Source: an uncultured Christensenella sp.
GTDB taxonomy: Bacteria > Bacillota > Clostridia > Christensenellales > UBA1242
Assembly: GCA_949292875.1 (NCBI GenBank)
Contig: CASFBJ010000020.1
Location: forward strand, 81,044-145,043
DNA: 64,000 bases
Reading direction: 5' to 3'
How positions within the stretch are numbered: position 1 is the stretch's first letter; each line of letters opens with the position of its first letter. Both the position numbers and the translations under genes were made by a program. Shown here one piece after another: positions 29,460 to 38,261 of the stretch. The notes under the pieces were generated by a model. That model was not told the origin of the DNA. It did not search any database and saw nothing but the letters and a program-made list of their open reading frames with translations.

Positions 29460-29999
29460 ATGTCAAGAATAGGAAGATTGCCTATAACTGTGCCTGCAAA
29501 TGTTAATGTAGATTTTGATGGTGATGTTATAGTTGTAAAAGGTCCGTTGGGCACACTATCTAGAAACATAGATAAATGCATATCATTAAATATTAGCGAT
29601 GGTGTTATCACTCTTGAAAGAGCAAACGACGAAAAAGATGTTAAGGCTAAGCATGGACTATATAGAGCATTGATTGCAAATATGGTTAAAGGAGTGTCTG
29701 AGGGTTTTACCAAAATTTTGAAATTTAAAGGCGTTGGTTACAAATTAACTAAGAATGGTAATAAATTGGTTATGGATATTGGTTTCTCTCATCCAAAGAC
29801 TTTTGAAGAAGTAGAGGGTATAACTTTAGAAGTTGTTGCTAATGATGAAGTTGCTGTAAAAGGCATTGATAATGAACTTGTAGGTAAGATAGCAGCTCAA
29901 ATTCGTGCTTTAAGACCTGTAGAACCATACCATATGTATGGTATTAGATATAAAGATGAAGTAGTTATCCGCAAGGTTAGCAAATCTGGTAAAAAGTAA
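29460..29999 (+). CDS. rplF: 50S ribosomal protein L6
   Basis: MSRIGRLPITVP.... Confidence 0.97.
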   Translation: MSRIGRLPITVPANVNVDFDGDVIVVKGPLGTLSRNIDKCISLNISDGVITLERANDEKDVKAKHGLYRALIANMVKGVSEGFTKILKFKGVGYKLTKNGNKLVMDIGFSHPKTFEEVEGITLEVVANDEVAVKGIDNELVGKIAAQIRALRPVEPYHMYGIRYKDEVVIRKVSKSGKK

Positions 30000-30014
30000 T
30001 AAGGAGTAACAGAT

Positions 30015-30383
30015 ATGATAAGTAAAGAAAATAAAAACGCTAAAAGAATAAGACGTCATGCTCGTGTTAGAAACAAAGTATCTGGCACTTCTGAAAGACC
30101 AAGACTATGTGTTTATCGTAGCCTTAAGCACGTATCTGTGCAAGTGATAGATGATACAAAAGGTATAACTTTAGTTAGTGCTAGTACTGTAGAGAAAGAA
30201 TTGGCAAAACAAGTTGAAGGTAAATCTAGACAAGAAAAAGCATTTATCATCGGTCAAGTAATAGGAAAGAGAGCAAAAGAAAAAGGCATAGAAAATGTAG
30301 TATTTGATCGTGCTGGTTATGTATATACTGGAGCTATCAAGCAAATCGCTGAAGGCGCTAGAGAAGCCGGCTTGGTATTTTAA
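30015..30383 (+). CDS. rplR: 50S ribosomal protein L18
   Basis: RRHARVRNKVSGTSERPRLCVYRSLKH.... Confidence 0.97.
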   Translation: MISKENKNAKRIRRHARVRNKVSGTSERPRLCVYRSLKHVSVQVIDDTKGITLVSASTVEKELAKQVEGKSRQEKAFIIGQVIGKRAKEKGIENVVFDRAGYVYTGAIKQIAEGAREAGLVF

Positions 30384-30395
30384 GAGGAGGAGAAC

Positions 30396-30932
30396 ATGGC
30401 TAACATTAAAAGAGAAGATAGAAAGCCTAGAGTAGAAAGAGATGCTTTTGAAAGATATGTCGTAGAATCTAAAAATGTAGTTAAAGTTACTGAAGGTGGT
30501 AGACAAAGAAGAGCTAGTGTACTTGTACTTGTAGGTGATAAAAAAGGTAAAATTGGTTATGGCTTAGGAAAATCTAAAGATAAAGCTATAGCTAATGAAA
30601 AAGCAGTAAATACTGCTAAGAAAAACTTAATAAATGTTCCTATAGTTGATGGTACTGTTCCTCATGATGTTGTAGGTAAGCATAACTCTACAAGAGTTCT
30701 TATTATGCCTGCTAAAAAAGGTAATGGTATAATTGCAGGAAGTGCAACAAGATATCTTTTGTCACTTGCTGGATATACTGATGTATCTGCAAAAATACAT
30801 GGTTCAAACAATAAGCTAAATATAATCTTAGCTACATTGGATGGATTGAAATCTCTTCGTACAGCTGAAGAAATTGCAGCTTTGCGTGGTAAAACAGTTG
30901 AAGAGATAGGAGGTACTCCAAATGGCAAGTAA
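30396..30932 (+). CDS. rpsE: 30S ribosomal protein S5
   Basis: [33 protein letters not shown]. Confidence 0.97.
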   Translation: MANIKREDRKPRVERDAFERYVVESKNVVKVTEGGRQRRASVLVLVGDKKGKIGYGLGKSKDKAIANEKAVNTAKKNLINVPIVDGTVPHDVVGKHNSTRVLIMPAKKGNGIIAGSATRYLLSLAGYTDVSAKIHGSNNKLNIILATLDGLKSLRTAEEIAALRGKTVEEIGGTPNGK

Positions 30933-31107
30933 AAAATTAAAAGTAACTTATGTAAAAAGTGCTATAGGTTACAATAAGAAGCAAAGAGTAATACTTGAAG
31001 CTTTAGGACTAACAAAATTAAATCAAAGCAATATATTACCTGATAACGAATGTGTAAGAGGTAGTATATTTAAAGTAAAACATTTAGTAAAAGTAGAAGA
31101 AGTGTAG
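30922..31107 (+). CDS. rpmD: 50S ribosomal protein L30
   Basis: [25 protein letters not shown]. Confidence 0.95.
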   Translation: MASKKLKVTYVKSAIGYNKKQRVILEALGLTKLNQSNILPDNECVRGSIFKVKHLVKVEEV

Positions 31108-31119
31108 GAGGAGAAAAAT

Positions 31120-31563
31120 ATGAAACTTCACAATATGTCTCCTGCTGAAGGAGCTGTTACAAAATCTGTTCGTAAAGGTAGAGGAACAGCTTCAGGCCTT
31201 GGAAAGACTAGTGGGAGAGGACAAAAAGGACAAAATGCTCGTAAGTCTGGTGGCGTTCGTCTAGGTTTTGAAGGTGGACAAACTCCTTTGCTTCGTAGAC
31301 TACCAAAAAGAGGATTTACAAATATATTTAAGAAAGATTACGCTATTGTTAATGTAGGAGACTTGAACTTTGTAGAAGAAGGTACAGTTATTGATCAAGA
31401 ATTCCTATTTGAAAATAGAGTAATAGGTAAAATAGGAAAAGATGGCTTAAAAGTACTTGGTAATGGCGAATTAACCAAAGCAATTACTATTAAAGCAAGC
31501 AAATTTACCAATACTGCTAAGGAGAAGATAGAAAAAATCGGTGGAAAAGTTGAGGTATTGTAA
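31120..31563 (+). CDS. rplO: 50S ribosomal protein L15
   Basis: [25 protein letters not shown]. Confidence 0.97.
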   Translation: MKLHNMSPAEGAVTKSVRKGRGTASGLGKTSGRGQKGQNARKSGGVRLGFEGGQTPLLRRLPKRGFTNIFKKDYAIVNVGDLNFVEEGTVIDQEFLFENRVIGKIGKDGLKVLGNGELTKAITIKASKFTNTAKEKIEKIGGKVEVL

Positions 31564-32864
31564 TGTTTTCAACCTTAGTAAATGCATTTAAAGATGCAGA
31601 TATAAGAAAAAAACTTTTAATAACTCTTGGTTTAATGCTACTTTTTATAGTTGGAACTTGGGTACCAGTACCTGGTATTGATAGTGAAGCTTATAAAACT
31701 GCTAGTGAATCAAATATGTTATTAGATTTGTTAAATAGTATTAATGGTGGAGCTTTATCTAACTGTTCAATTCTTGCTCTAGGTGCGACTCCGTACATTT
31801 TTGCATCTATATTTATTAAGATGCTTAGTGGTGTTATTCCTCGTTGGCAAAGACGTGCTAGAGAAGGCGAAGAGGGTATGCGAAGAATAAACCTTTATGT
31901 TCGTATAACTACTTTAATCTTTGCTATTTGTCAGGCAGTTGGAATAGTTCTTCATTATGCTACAGCTCAAGCTATAGTAGAAAATGCTATATTTGGCGTT
32001 CCTATTCTTACTTACATTTTTGTAGGTTTTATGCTTGTTGCTGGTGCTATGTTTACTTTGTGGCTAGGAGAAAAAATGACTGAAAAAGGTATAGGTAATG
32101 GTATATCTTTACTAATCTTTATTGGTATTTTGTCTTCTGCAAGTATAGCAATGTTTGAAACTATTAGAAATGCTATTTCTTCTGTTGATAACCTTGATAG
32201 TTTGTGGTCTATAATTTTGTTTGTAGTTTTTGCAGTTATCATATTCTTCTTAATTGTTTTTGTAGATTTAGCTCGTAGAAAAATACAAGTTACTTATGCA
32301 AAACAAATAAAAGGTAGAAAAATGTATGGCGGTCAAGCTACAGACTTGGAATTAAAGATAAATGCTAGTGGTGTTATGCCAATCATATTTGCAAGTTCAT
32401 TACTAACATTTCCGCACGCTATTATTCAGCTTGTAGGCTCTAATTCTGCATTTGCTATATGGTATAGTCAATGGTTAGGTGTAGGTAGTCCTGTGTATAC
32501 TGTAGTATCTGCATTATTAATTTTTGCTTTCACTTTCTTCTGGGCTCCGTTCATTTTTGACCCTGACCAAGTTGCTAAAGAAATTCAAGAAAGAGGCGGT
32601 ATGGTTTCAATGTATAGACCTGGAAAGCCTACTGCAGATTATCTAAGAACTGTAAATAGAAGATTAACAACATTTGGTGCAATATTTTTAGGTTTACTAT
32701 ACCTAATATCTACATTAATATTTAGTTTTGTAGGAACAGGTAGTTTAGTAAATGCTTTAACTTGTGCAGGTATGTTGATTATAGTTTCTGTAGCTATAGA
32801 CTTCAACAATAAACTTGAAGAACAAATGCTTATAAGAAACTATAAAGGCTTTTTGAAAAAGTAG
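31563..32864 (+). CDS. secY: preprotein translocase subunit SecY
   Basis: About 10 TM helices, ...ALGATPYIFASI..., and conserved operon position. Confidence 0.97.
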   Translation: MFSTLVNAFKDADIRKKLLITLGLMLLFIVGTWVPVPGIDSEAYKTASESNMLLDLLNSINGGALSNCSILALGATPYIFASIFIKMLSGVIPRWQRRAREGEEGMRRINLYVRITTLIFAICQAVGIVLHYATAQAIVENAIFGVPILTYIFVGFMLVAGAMFTLWLGEKMTEKGIGNGISLLIFIGILSSASIAMFETIRNAISSVDNLDSLWSIILFVVFAVIIFFLIVFVDLARRKIQVTYAKQIKGRKMYGGQATDLELKINASGVMPIIFASSLLTFPHAIIQLVGSNSAFAIWYSQWLGVGSPVYTVVSALLIFAFTFFWAPFIFDPDQVAKEIQERGGMVSMYRPGKPTADYLRTVNRRLTTFGAIFLGLLYLISTLIFSFVGTGSLVNALTCAGMLIIVSVAIDFNNKLEEQMLIRNYKGFLKK

Positions 32865-32913
32865 AAATCCATAAGTAAGCAATTTTATTGAATACTATGG
32901 TAAAGGTGTTATC

Positions 32914-33537
32914 ATGAATATAGTTATTATGGGAGCGCCTTCTTGTGGAAAAGGAATTCAAGCCAAATTGATTGAAAAAAAATTTGGTCTTGAACATATA
33001 TCCACTGGTCAGATACTTAGAGATTTTATAGCAAAAAACAACAAAGAAAGCGCAAAGATTAAGGAAATAATGAGCAGAGGAGAATTTATAGTAGATTCTC
33101 TTATGTGCAAAATAGTGTCTTTGAAACTAGATGAAATAAACGATAAAGGTTTTATTTTAGATGGCTTTCCAAGAACTGAAAAACAAACAAAATTTTTACT
33201 TAAACATTATAGTCCTGATGTGGTTTTATATTTGCACACAGATAAAGACATTGCTCTAGAAAGATGTGAAAATAGAGTAGTTTGTCCTGTTTGTAAAAAA
33301 TCATATGATAAAAGACTTGTGAGCAATCTTGTTTGCCCTGATGATGGTGAAATATTGATTACAAGAGAGGACGACAAGCCTGATGTTTATCTTAAAAGAT
33401 ATAAAATATTTGAAAAAGAGACTAAACCCATACTTGACTTGTTTAAGAGATATGGTAAATTAGAAGTTATAGATAATAACGGAGATATAGAGTCTACATT
33501 TAATGAAATAAGTAAAATTTTAGTAAACATGAGGTAA
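32914..33537 (+). CDS. adk: adenylate kinase
   Basis: P-loop GAPSCGKG, FILDGFPRT, and a Cys-containing lid (CPVCKK...CPDDG). Confidence 0.93.
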   Translation: MNIVIMGAPSCGKGIQAKLIEKKFGLEHISTGQILRDFIAKNNKESAKIKEIMSRGEFIVDSLMCKIVSLKLDEINDKGFILDGFPRTEKQTKFLLKHYSPDVVLYLHTDKDIALERCENRVVCPVCKKSYDKRLVSNLVCPDDGEILITREDDKPDVYLKRYKIFEKETKPILDLFKRYGKLEVIDNNGDIESTFNEISKILVNMR

Positions 33538-33538
33538 A

Positions 33539-34315
33539 ATGATGATTAAACCTAAAACACAACATGAAATTGAAATGATGAGAAAAGCGGGTAAAATAGT
33601 TGGTGATACATTAAAACTAATGCAAAAAAGCGTTAGAATAGGTATAACTACTAAGGAGTTAGATAAGATTGCTTTTGATTTTATTACTTCACAAGGAGCA
33701 TATCCTTCATTTCTTAATTATGATGGATTTCCAGCAAGTATATGTACAAGTGTGAATGAAACGGTTGTTCATGGCATTCCAAGTGATTATGCTTTAAAAG
33801 ATGGAGATATAATAGGCATTGATGTTGGTGCTTGTTATAAAGGATATCATGGAGATGCTGCTCGTACATTTTGTGTAGGGAATGTATCTGAAAAAGTTAA
33901 ACAATTAGTAAAAGAAACTAGAGAATGTTTCTATCAAGGTATAGAGGGACTTAAGGCTGGAGATAGAGTTGGAACAATATCTCATAGAATTGAACACCAT
34001 GCAAAACATTTTGGATACGGAATAGTTAGAGAACTTGTTGGGCATGGCGTTGGGAAAAATTTGCATGAAGACCCTCAAATTCCTAACTATGGTAGTGATA
34101 ATAGTGGAGAAATAATTCCTCCAAATAGTACTTTGGCGATTGAACCAATGATTAATCTTGGCACTAGACAAATATATCTTTTAGGTGATGATTGGACTGT
34201 CATTACTCGTGATAGATTGCAATCTGCACATTATGAAAATACTGTTTTAGTTACAGAAAATGGAGTAGAGATACTCACTTTAATGGACGGAGAAACAAGA
34301 TATGACGAAATATAG
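33539..34315 (+). CDS. map: type I methionine aminopeptidase
   Basis: VVHGIP...DVGACYKGYHGDAARTF...GHGVG. Confidence 0.96.
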   Translation: MMIKPKTQHEIEMMRKAGKIVGDTLKLMQKSVRIGITTKELDKIAFDFITSQGAYPSFLNYDGFPASICTSVNETVVHGIPSDYALKDGDIIGIDVGACYKGYHGDAARTFCVGNVSEKVKQLVKETRECFYQGIEGLKAGDRVGTISHRIEHHAKHFGYGIVRELVGHGVGKNLHEDPQIPNYGSDNSGEIIPPNSTLAIEPMINLGTRQIYLLGDDWTVITRDRLQSAHYENTVLVTENGVEILTLMDGETRYDEI

Positions 34316-34574
34316 TCTAGGTGATATTGTTTTATCAAAAGCTGGCAGAGATGCAAATGAATACTTTGTAGTAATTGGAATTATTGATGATAACTATGTA
34401 TATTTGGCAGATGGGAAAAACAAGACATTGGCTAAACCCAAAAGAAAAAAGACAAAACACATAAAGCTTTGCTTAGAAAAAAGTACGGTGTCTGATAAAC
34501 TAGAAAATGCAAGATATTTATTAGATAGCGATATTAGAAAAGTTTTAAAAAACTTTAAAAATCAAACAAAATAA
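34302..34574 (+). CDS. KOW-domain RNA-binding protein (map-infA linked small protein)
   Basis: LGDIVLSKAGRDANEYFVVIGI is KOW-like. GGAGAAA RBS. The start overlaps the map end. Confidence 0.8.
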   Translation: MTKYSLGDIVLSKAGRDANEYFVVIGIIDDNYVYLADGKNKTLAKPKRKKTKHIKLCLEKSTVSDKLENARYLLDSDIRKVLKNFKNQTK

Positions 34575-34587
34575 ATTTGGAGGATTT

Positions 34588-34833
34588 ATGGCAAAAGAAG
34601 ACAATTATGTTGAATTGGAAGGCGAAGTTGTTGAAATAATAAGAAATGCTGTTTATAAAGTACAACTAACTAACGGTCATATAATAGATGCTTATCTAGG
34701 CGGAAAACTAAGAGCTAGATTAGGTAAAAAAAAGATAGTTGTATGCGATAGAGTATCTGTAGCAGTAAGTACTTATGATTTAAACAAAGGTAGAATTATA
34801 GATATAATTAGGAGAAATCAAGTACAAAATTAG
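34588..34833 (+). CDS. infA: translation initiation factor IF-1 (divergent)
   Basis: MAKEDNYVELEGEVVEIIRNAVYKVQLTNGH...YDLNKGRI is an S1-like fold pattern, and the gene is in the conserved position. Confidence 0.9.
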   Translation: MAKEDNYVELEGEVVEIIRNAVYKVQLTNGHIIDAYLGGKLRARLGKKKIVVCDRVSVAVSTYDLNKGRIIDIIRRNQVQN

Positions 34834-34879
34834 TTATAATTTGTACGAGATGAATTAGTAATACTAAAAGGAGAAAAAT

Positions 34880-34996
34880 ATGAAAGTTAGACCATCAGTT
34901 AAGAAAATGTGTAATGACTGCAAAATAGTTAAGCGCGGTCGTAAAGTTATGGTTATCTGTCCTAAACATCCTAAACATAAACAAACTCAAGGATAA
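34880..34996 (+). CDS. rpmJ: 50S ribosomal protein L36 (zinc-binding form, 38 aa)
   Basis: Manual translation gives [38 protein letters not shown], with a GGAGAAA RBS. It is below the 60-aa ORF track cutoff. Confidence 0.95.
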   Translation: MKVRPSVKKMCNDCKIVKRGRKVMVICPKHPKHKQTQG

Positions 34997-35091
34997 CATA
35001 AAATAATATATAATCACTTCACCATAGCTTTAGGCTATGATAAATTTGAAAACACCGTTAAAAAGTGCGGCTGATAATTGTAATAAAAGTA

Positions 35092-35120
35092 TTGCAATTA
35101 TTGACTTTTTGCGTTATAAT
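35092..35120 (+). promoter_or_regulatory. internal promoter ahead of rpsM (TTGCAA-17-TATAAT)
   Basis: TTGCAA at 35092-35097 and TATAAT at 35115-35120. Confidence 0.55.
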
Positions 35121-35168
35121 ATATAAATAAATATAAAAATCATTTAATTTACCATTTAGGAGGAGATT

Positions 35169-35531
35169 ATGGCTCGTATTGCAGGTGTAGATTTGCCTAG
35201 AGATAAGAGATTGGAAATAGGTCTTACTTATATATATGGCATTGGTTTATATAAGTCAAGACAAATATTAAAGGCTACAAAGTTAAGTCCTGATATTCGT
35301 GTTAAAGATTTGACAGAAGATCAAGTAGCTTTACTTAGAGCTGAAATAGAAAATAATCATATAGTTGAAGGCGACTTAAGAAGAGAAGTTCAACTAAACA
35401 TAAAGAGATTAGGCGAAATTGGTTGCTATCGTGGTATCCGTCATAGAAAAGGATTACCAGTTAGAGGTCAAAGTACTAAGAATAATGCAAAAACTAGAAG
35501 AAAAAAAAATAAAATTGTTGCAGGTAAATAA
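35169..35531 (+). CDS. rpsM: 30S ribosomal protein S13
   Basis: [14 protein letters not shown].... Confidence 0.97.
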   Translation: MARIAGVDLPRDKRLEIGLTYIYGIGLYKSRQILKATKLSPDIRVKDLTEDQVALLRAEIENNHIVEGDLRREVQLNIKRLGEIGCYRGIRHRKGLPVRGQSTKNNAKTRRKKNKIVAGK

Positions 35532-35542
35532 AGGAGTAAACA

Positions 35543-35953
35543 ATGGCTAATATGAAGAATAAAGGTGCTAAAGGTGGCACTAGGAAGAAGAGAAGAGTTA
35601 CTAGAAACCTTGATAAAGGTCAAGCACATATTCACGCTTCTTTTAATAATACTATTGTTACTTTTACTGATGAAGCTGGTAATGCTGTTTCATGGAGTAG
35701 CTCTGGTGCATTAGGTTATAAAGGTGCAAAAAGAGGAACTGCTTATGTGGCTCAACAAGTTTGTGAAACTGCAGCTAAAGCAGCAAAAGAACAAGGAATA
35801 AATACTGTTGATGTATTCGTAAAAGGTCCAGGACAAGGCAGAGAGTCTGCTATAAGAGCAATAGCAACTGCAGAAATAGGAGTAAATTCTATAAAAGATG
35901 TTTCACCTATTCCTCACAATGGATGTCGTCCACCTAAACGTAGAAGAGTATAG
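35543..35953 (+). CDS. rpsK: 30S ribosomal protein S11
   Basis: [18 protein letters not shown]...[13 protein letters not shown]. Confidence 0.97.
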   Translation: MANMKNKGAKGGTRKKRRVTRNLDKGQAHIHASFNNTIVTFTDEAGNAVSWSSSGALGYKGAKRGTAYVAQQVCETAAKAAKEQGINTVDVFVKGPGQGRESAIRAIATAEIGVNSIKDVSPIPHNGCRPPKRRRV

Positions 35954-35972
35954 TAAGGAGAATATATAAAAT

Positions 35973-36605
35973 ATGGCAAAGTATGTTGGAGCAGACTGCA
36001 GACAATGCAGACGCGAAGGTTGCAAGTTGTTTTTAAAAGGTGAAAGATGTACTTCTAAAAAATGCGCTATGGAAAGACATCCAAGTCTACCTGGTGGCGA
36101 ATATGGTCGTAAGAAAAGAATTAAACAATCATATGGATACATCGTTCAACTTCGTGAAAAACAAAAGGTTAAAAGAACTTATGGTTTACTTGAGAAACAA
36201 TTCCATAAGTACTATGAAAAAGCTGAAAGAATGAAAGGCGTTACTGGTACAAATATGCTTTCACTTTTAGAAAGAAGATTAGATAATGTCGTTTACAGAA
36301 TGGGTATAGGTTCTTCTCGTGCAGAAGCTAGACAAATAGTAAACCATGGACACATTTTGGTAAATGGTAAGAAGGTAAATATTCCTTCATATCAAGTAAA
36401 AGTTGAAGATATTATTTCTATAGCTGAATCAAGTAAAGAAAAAGATATGTTTAAGAAATTAAAGGGTATTAAAATAACTACTCCTAAGTGGTTAGAATTT
36501 GACACTGAGACTTTAACTGGTAGAATTAATGCTATACCTGAAAGAGAAGATATAGACTTATTAATTAAGGAACATCTAATTGTAGAGCTTTATTCTCGTA
36601 ATTAA
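35973..36605 (+). CDS. rpsD: 30S ribosomal protein S4 (with N-terminal Cys cluster)
   Basis: CRQCRREG...CTSKKC; LERRLDNVVYRMG. Confidence 0.97.
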   Translation: MAKYVGADCRQCRREGCKLFLKGERCTSKKCAMERHPSLPGGEYGRKKRIKQSYGYIVQLREKQKVKRTYGLLEKQFHKYYEKAERMKGVTGTNMLSLLERRLDNVVYRMGIGSSRAEARQIVNHGHILVNGKKVNIPSYQVKVEDIISIAESSKEKDMFKKLKGIKITTPKWLEFDTETLTGRINAIPEREDIDLLIKEHLIVELYSRN

Positions 36606-36670
36606 TAGTTTGTGTTATCTTACAACTATATTTAGTTGTGCGTTATTTAATTTTTGGAGGAATTTTGTTA

Positions 36671-37627
36671 ATGTTGGAAATAGAAAAACCAAAAATTGTA
36701 GTGGAAGAAAACGAATCTGGAACTTATGCTCAGATTACTGTAGAACCACTAGATAGAGGGTATGGTATTACTATAGGAAATTGTTTAAGAAGAGTATTGT
36801 ATAGTGCTTTACCAGGTGCTGCACCTATTGCTATAAGAATAGCAGGTGTTAATCATGAATTTACATCACTAAAAGGTGTGAAGGAAGATGTAACTGATAT
36901 AATACTAAATCTAAAAAATCTTCATGTAAAAACATTGAATACTGATAGAGATTTTACAACTACAATATATCTTAAATCTTGTGAACCAGGACCTCTATAT
37001 GCAAAAGATATAACTTTAAATGAACAAGTAGAGATACTTAATCCAGATTTGTTAATCTGTACACTAGAAAAAGGTTGCGATTTTCAAATGGAAATAATTA
37101 TAGGTAGAGGAAGAGGATATGTTCCTGCTTCTCAGAATAAAAAAGAAGATGACCCTATTGGCTATATAGCAATGGACTCAATCTTTACGCCTGTTCAAAA
37201 AGCAACTTATAGAGTAGAAAAGACTCGTGTAGGACAAAGTATAGATTTTGATAAGTTAATAATGGAAGTAGAAACTAATGGTACGCTACTTGCAAAAGAT
37301 GTATTAAGTTTGTCTGCTAAGATAATTGATGAGCATATTATGATGTTTGTTGGTTTAGTTGATGGTATGAGTTCTTTAAATATATTAAAAGATGATGAAA
37401 AGACAGAACAATCTAAAGTACTTGAAATGAGTATAGACGATATGGATTTGTCTGTAAGGTCTAATAATTGCTTAAAGAGAGCGAATATACTTACAATTGA
37501 AGACTTAACAAAGAAATCTAAAGAAGATATGCTTAAAGTTAAAAATTTAGGTAGTAAATCACTAGATGAAATCATTAAAAAATTACAAAGTTATGGATTA
37601 GGACTTCGTGATGATAATGAAGACTAA
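36671..37627 (+). CDS. rpoA: DNA-directed RNA polymerase subunit alpha
   Basis: MLEIEKPKI...GNCLRRVLYSALPGAAP..., and C-terminal LDLSVRSNNCLKRANI. The track start 36638 is an upstream extension. Confidence 0.96.
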   Translation: MLEIEKPKIVVEENESGTYAQITVEPLDRGYGITIGNCLRRVLYSALPGAAPIAIRIAGVNHEFTSLKGVKEDVTDIILNLKNLHVKTLNTDRDFTTTIYLKSCEPGPLYAKDITLNEQVEILNPDLLICTLEKGCDFQMEIIIGRGRGYVPASQNKKEDDPIGYIAMDSIFTPVQKATYRVEKTRVGQSIDFDKLIMEVETNGTLLAKDVLSLSAKIIDEHIMMFVGLVDGMSSLNILKDDEKTEQSKVLEMSIDDMDLSVRSNNCLKRANILTIEDLTKKSKEDMLKVKNLGSKSLDEIIKKLQSYGLGLRDDNED

Positions 37628-37646
37628 CCAAAAAGGAGAATGAAAA

Positions 37647-38156
37647 ATGTCTAATTCAAAATTGGGTAGGCCTACAAAAGAGCGTTTAGCTTTAATTCGC
37701 AATCAAGTTTCATATTTCTTAATGAATGGCTATCTTGAAACTACATTAGATAGAGCAAAAGAAGCTCAAAAAGAAGCAGAGAAAATTATTACACTTGCTA
37801 AAAATACTTACCAAGATGTAGTTACAGTAAAGAAGACTAGAGTTGCTAAAGATGGTTCAAAAGAAACTGTTGAAGTTTTAAACGATGGACCAAAGAAATT
37901 AGCAGCAAGAAGAAAAATAATGTCTTTTTGCTATGATATACAAGAACAAAGAAAAGATGGTGAAAAGAAAGCTGATTTTGTAGCTAGAACAAGTGATGTT
38001 AAACATCCACTAATTGAAAAGATTTTCAATGTATATGCTAAAAAATATGCTGAAAGAGCAGAATCTTTAGGACAAGGTGGAGGATATACAAGAATTATAA
38101 AACTTGGAACTCGTCGTGGAGATAATGCTGAAATAGTTAGATTAGAGTTGATATAA
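37647..38156 (+). CDS. rplQ: 50S ribosomal protein L17 (long form, 169 aa)
   Basis: LGRPTKERLALIRNQV...GGGYTRIIKLGTRRGDNAEIVRLELI. Confidence 0.95.
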   Translation: MSNSKLGRPTKERLALIRNQVSYFLMNGYLETTLDRAKEAQKEAEKIITLAKNTYQDVVTVKKTRVAKDGSKETVEVLNDGPKKLAARRKIMSFCYDIQEQRKDGEKKADFVARTSDVKHPLIEKIFNVYAKKYAERAESLGQGGGYTRIIKLGTRRGDNAEIVRLELI

Positions 38157-38157
38157 T

Positions 38158-38190
38158 AAAAAATTCTCTATTAGTAGAGAATTTTTTTAT
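38158..38190. terminator. bidirectional intrinsic terminator after rplQ, shared with the convergent LRR gene
   Basis: AATTCTCTA-TTAG-TAGAGAATT flanked by A- and T-runs. Confidence 0.8.
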
Positions 38191-38261
38191 TTTAATTATT
38201 CTACAAATTTTAAAATTAAAAGCATTTTACACATGTAAATATAGTATTATAATATGTCTTT

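Noticed and set aside
34997-35060. Short hairpin CATAGC-TTTAG-GCTATG after rpmJ as a terminator
   Set aside because: The stem is only 6 bp and has no U-tract. Read-through or a processing site is equally plausible, so it is not reported as a feature.
36638-36670. Upstream starts suggested by the track for rpoA (36638), L24 (27760), S14 (28785), S6 (57647), S18 (58396), miaA (51264) and the SPOR-like protein (62678)
   Set aside because: In each case the homologous protein begins at a downstream Met that has a proper SD at 5-10 nt. The extensions overlap the preceding gene or intergenic DNA.
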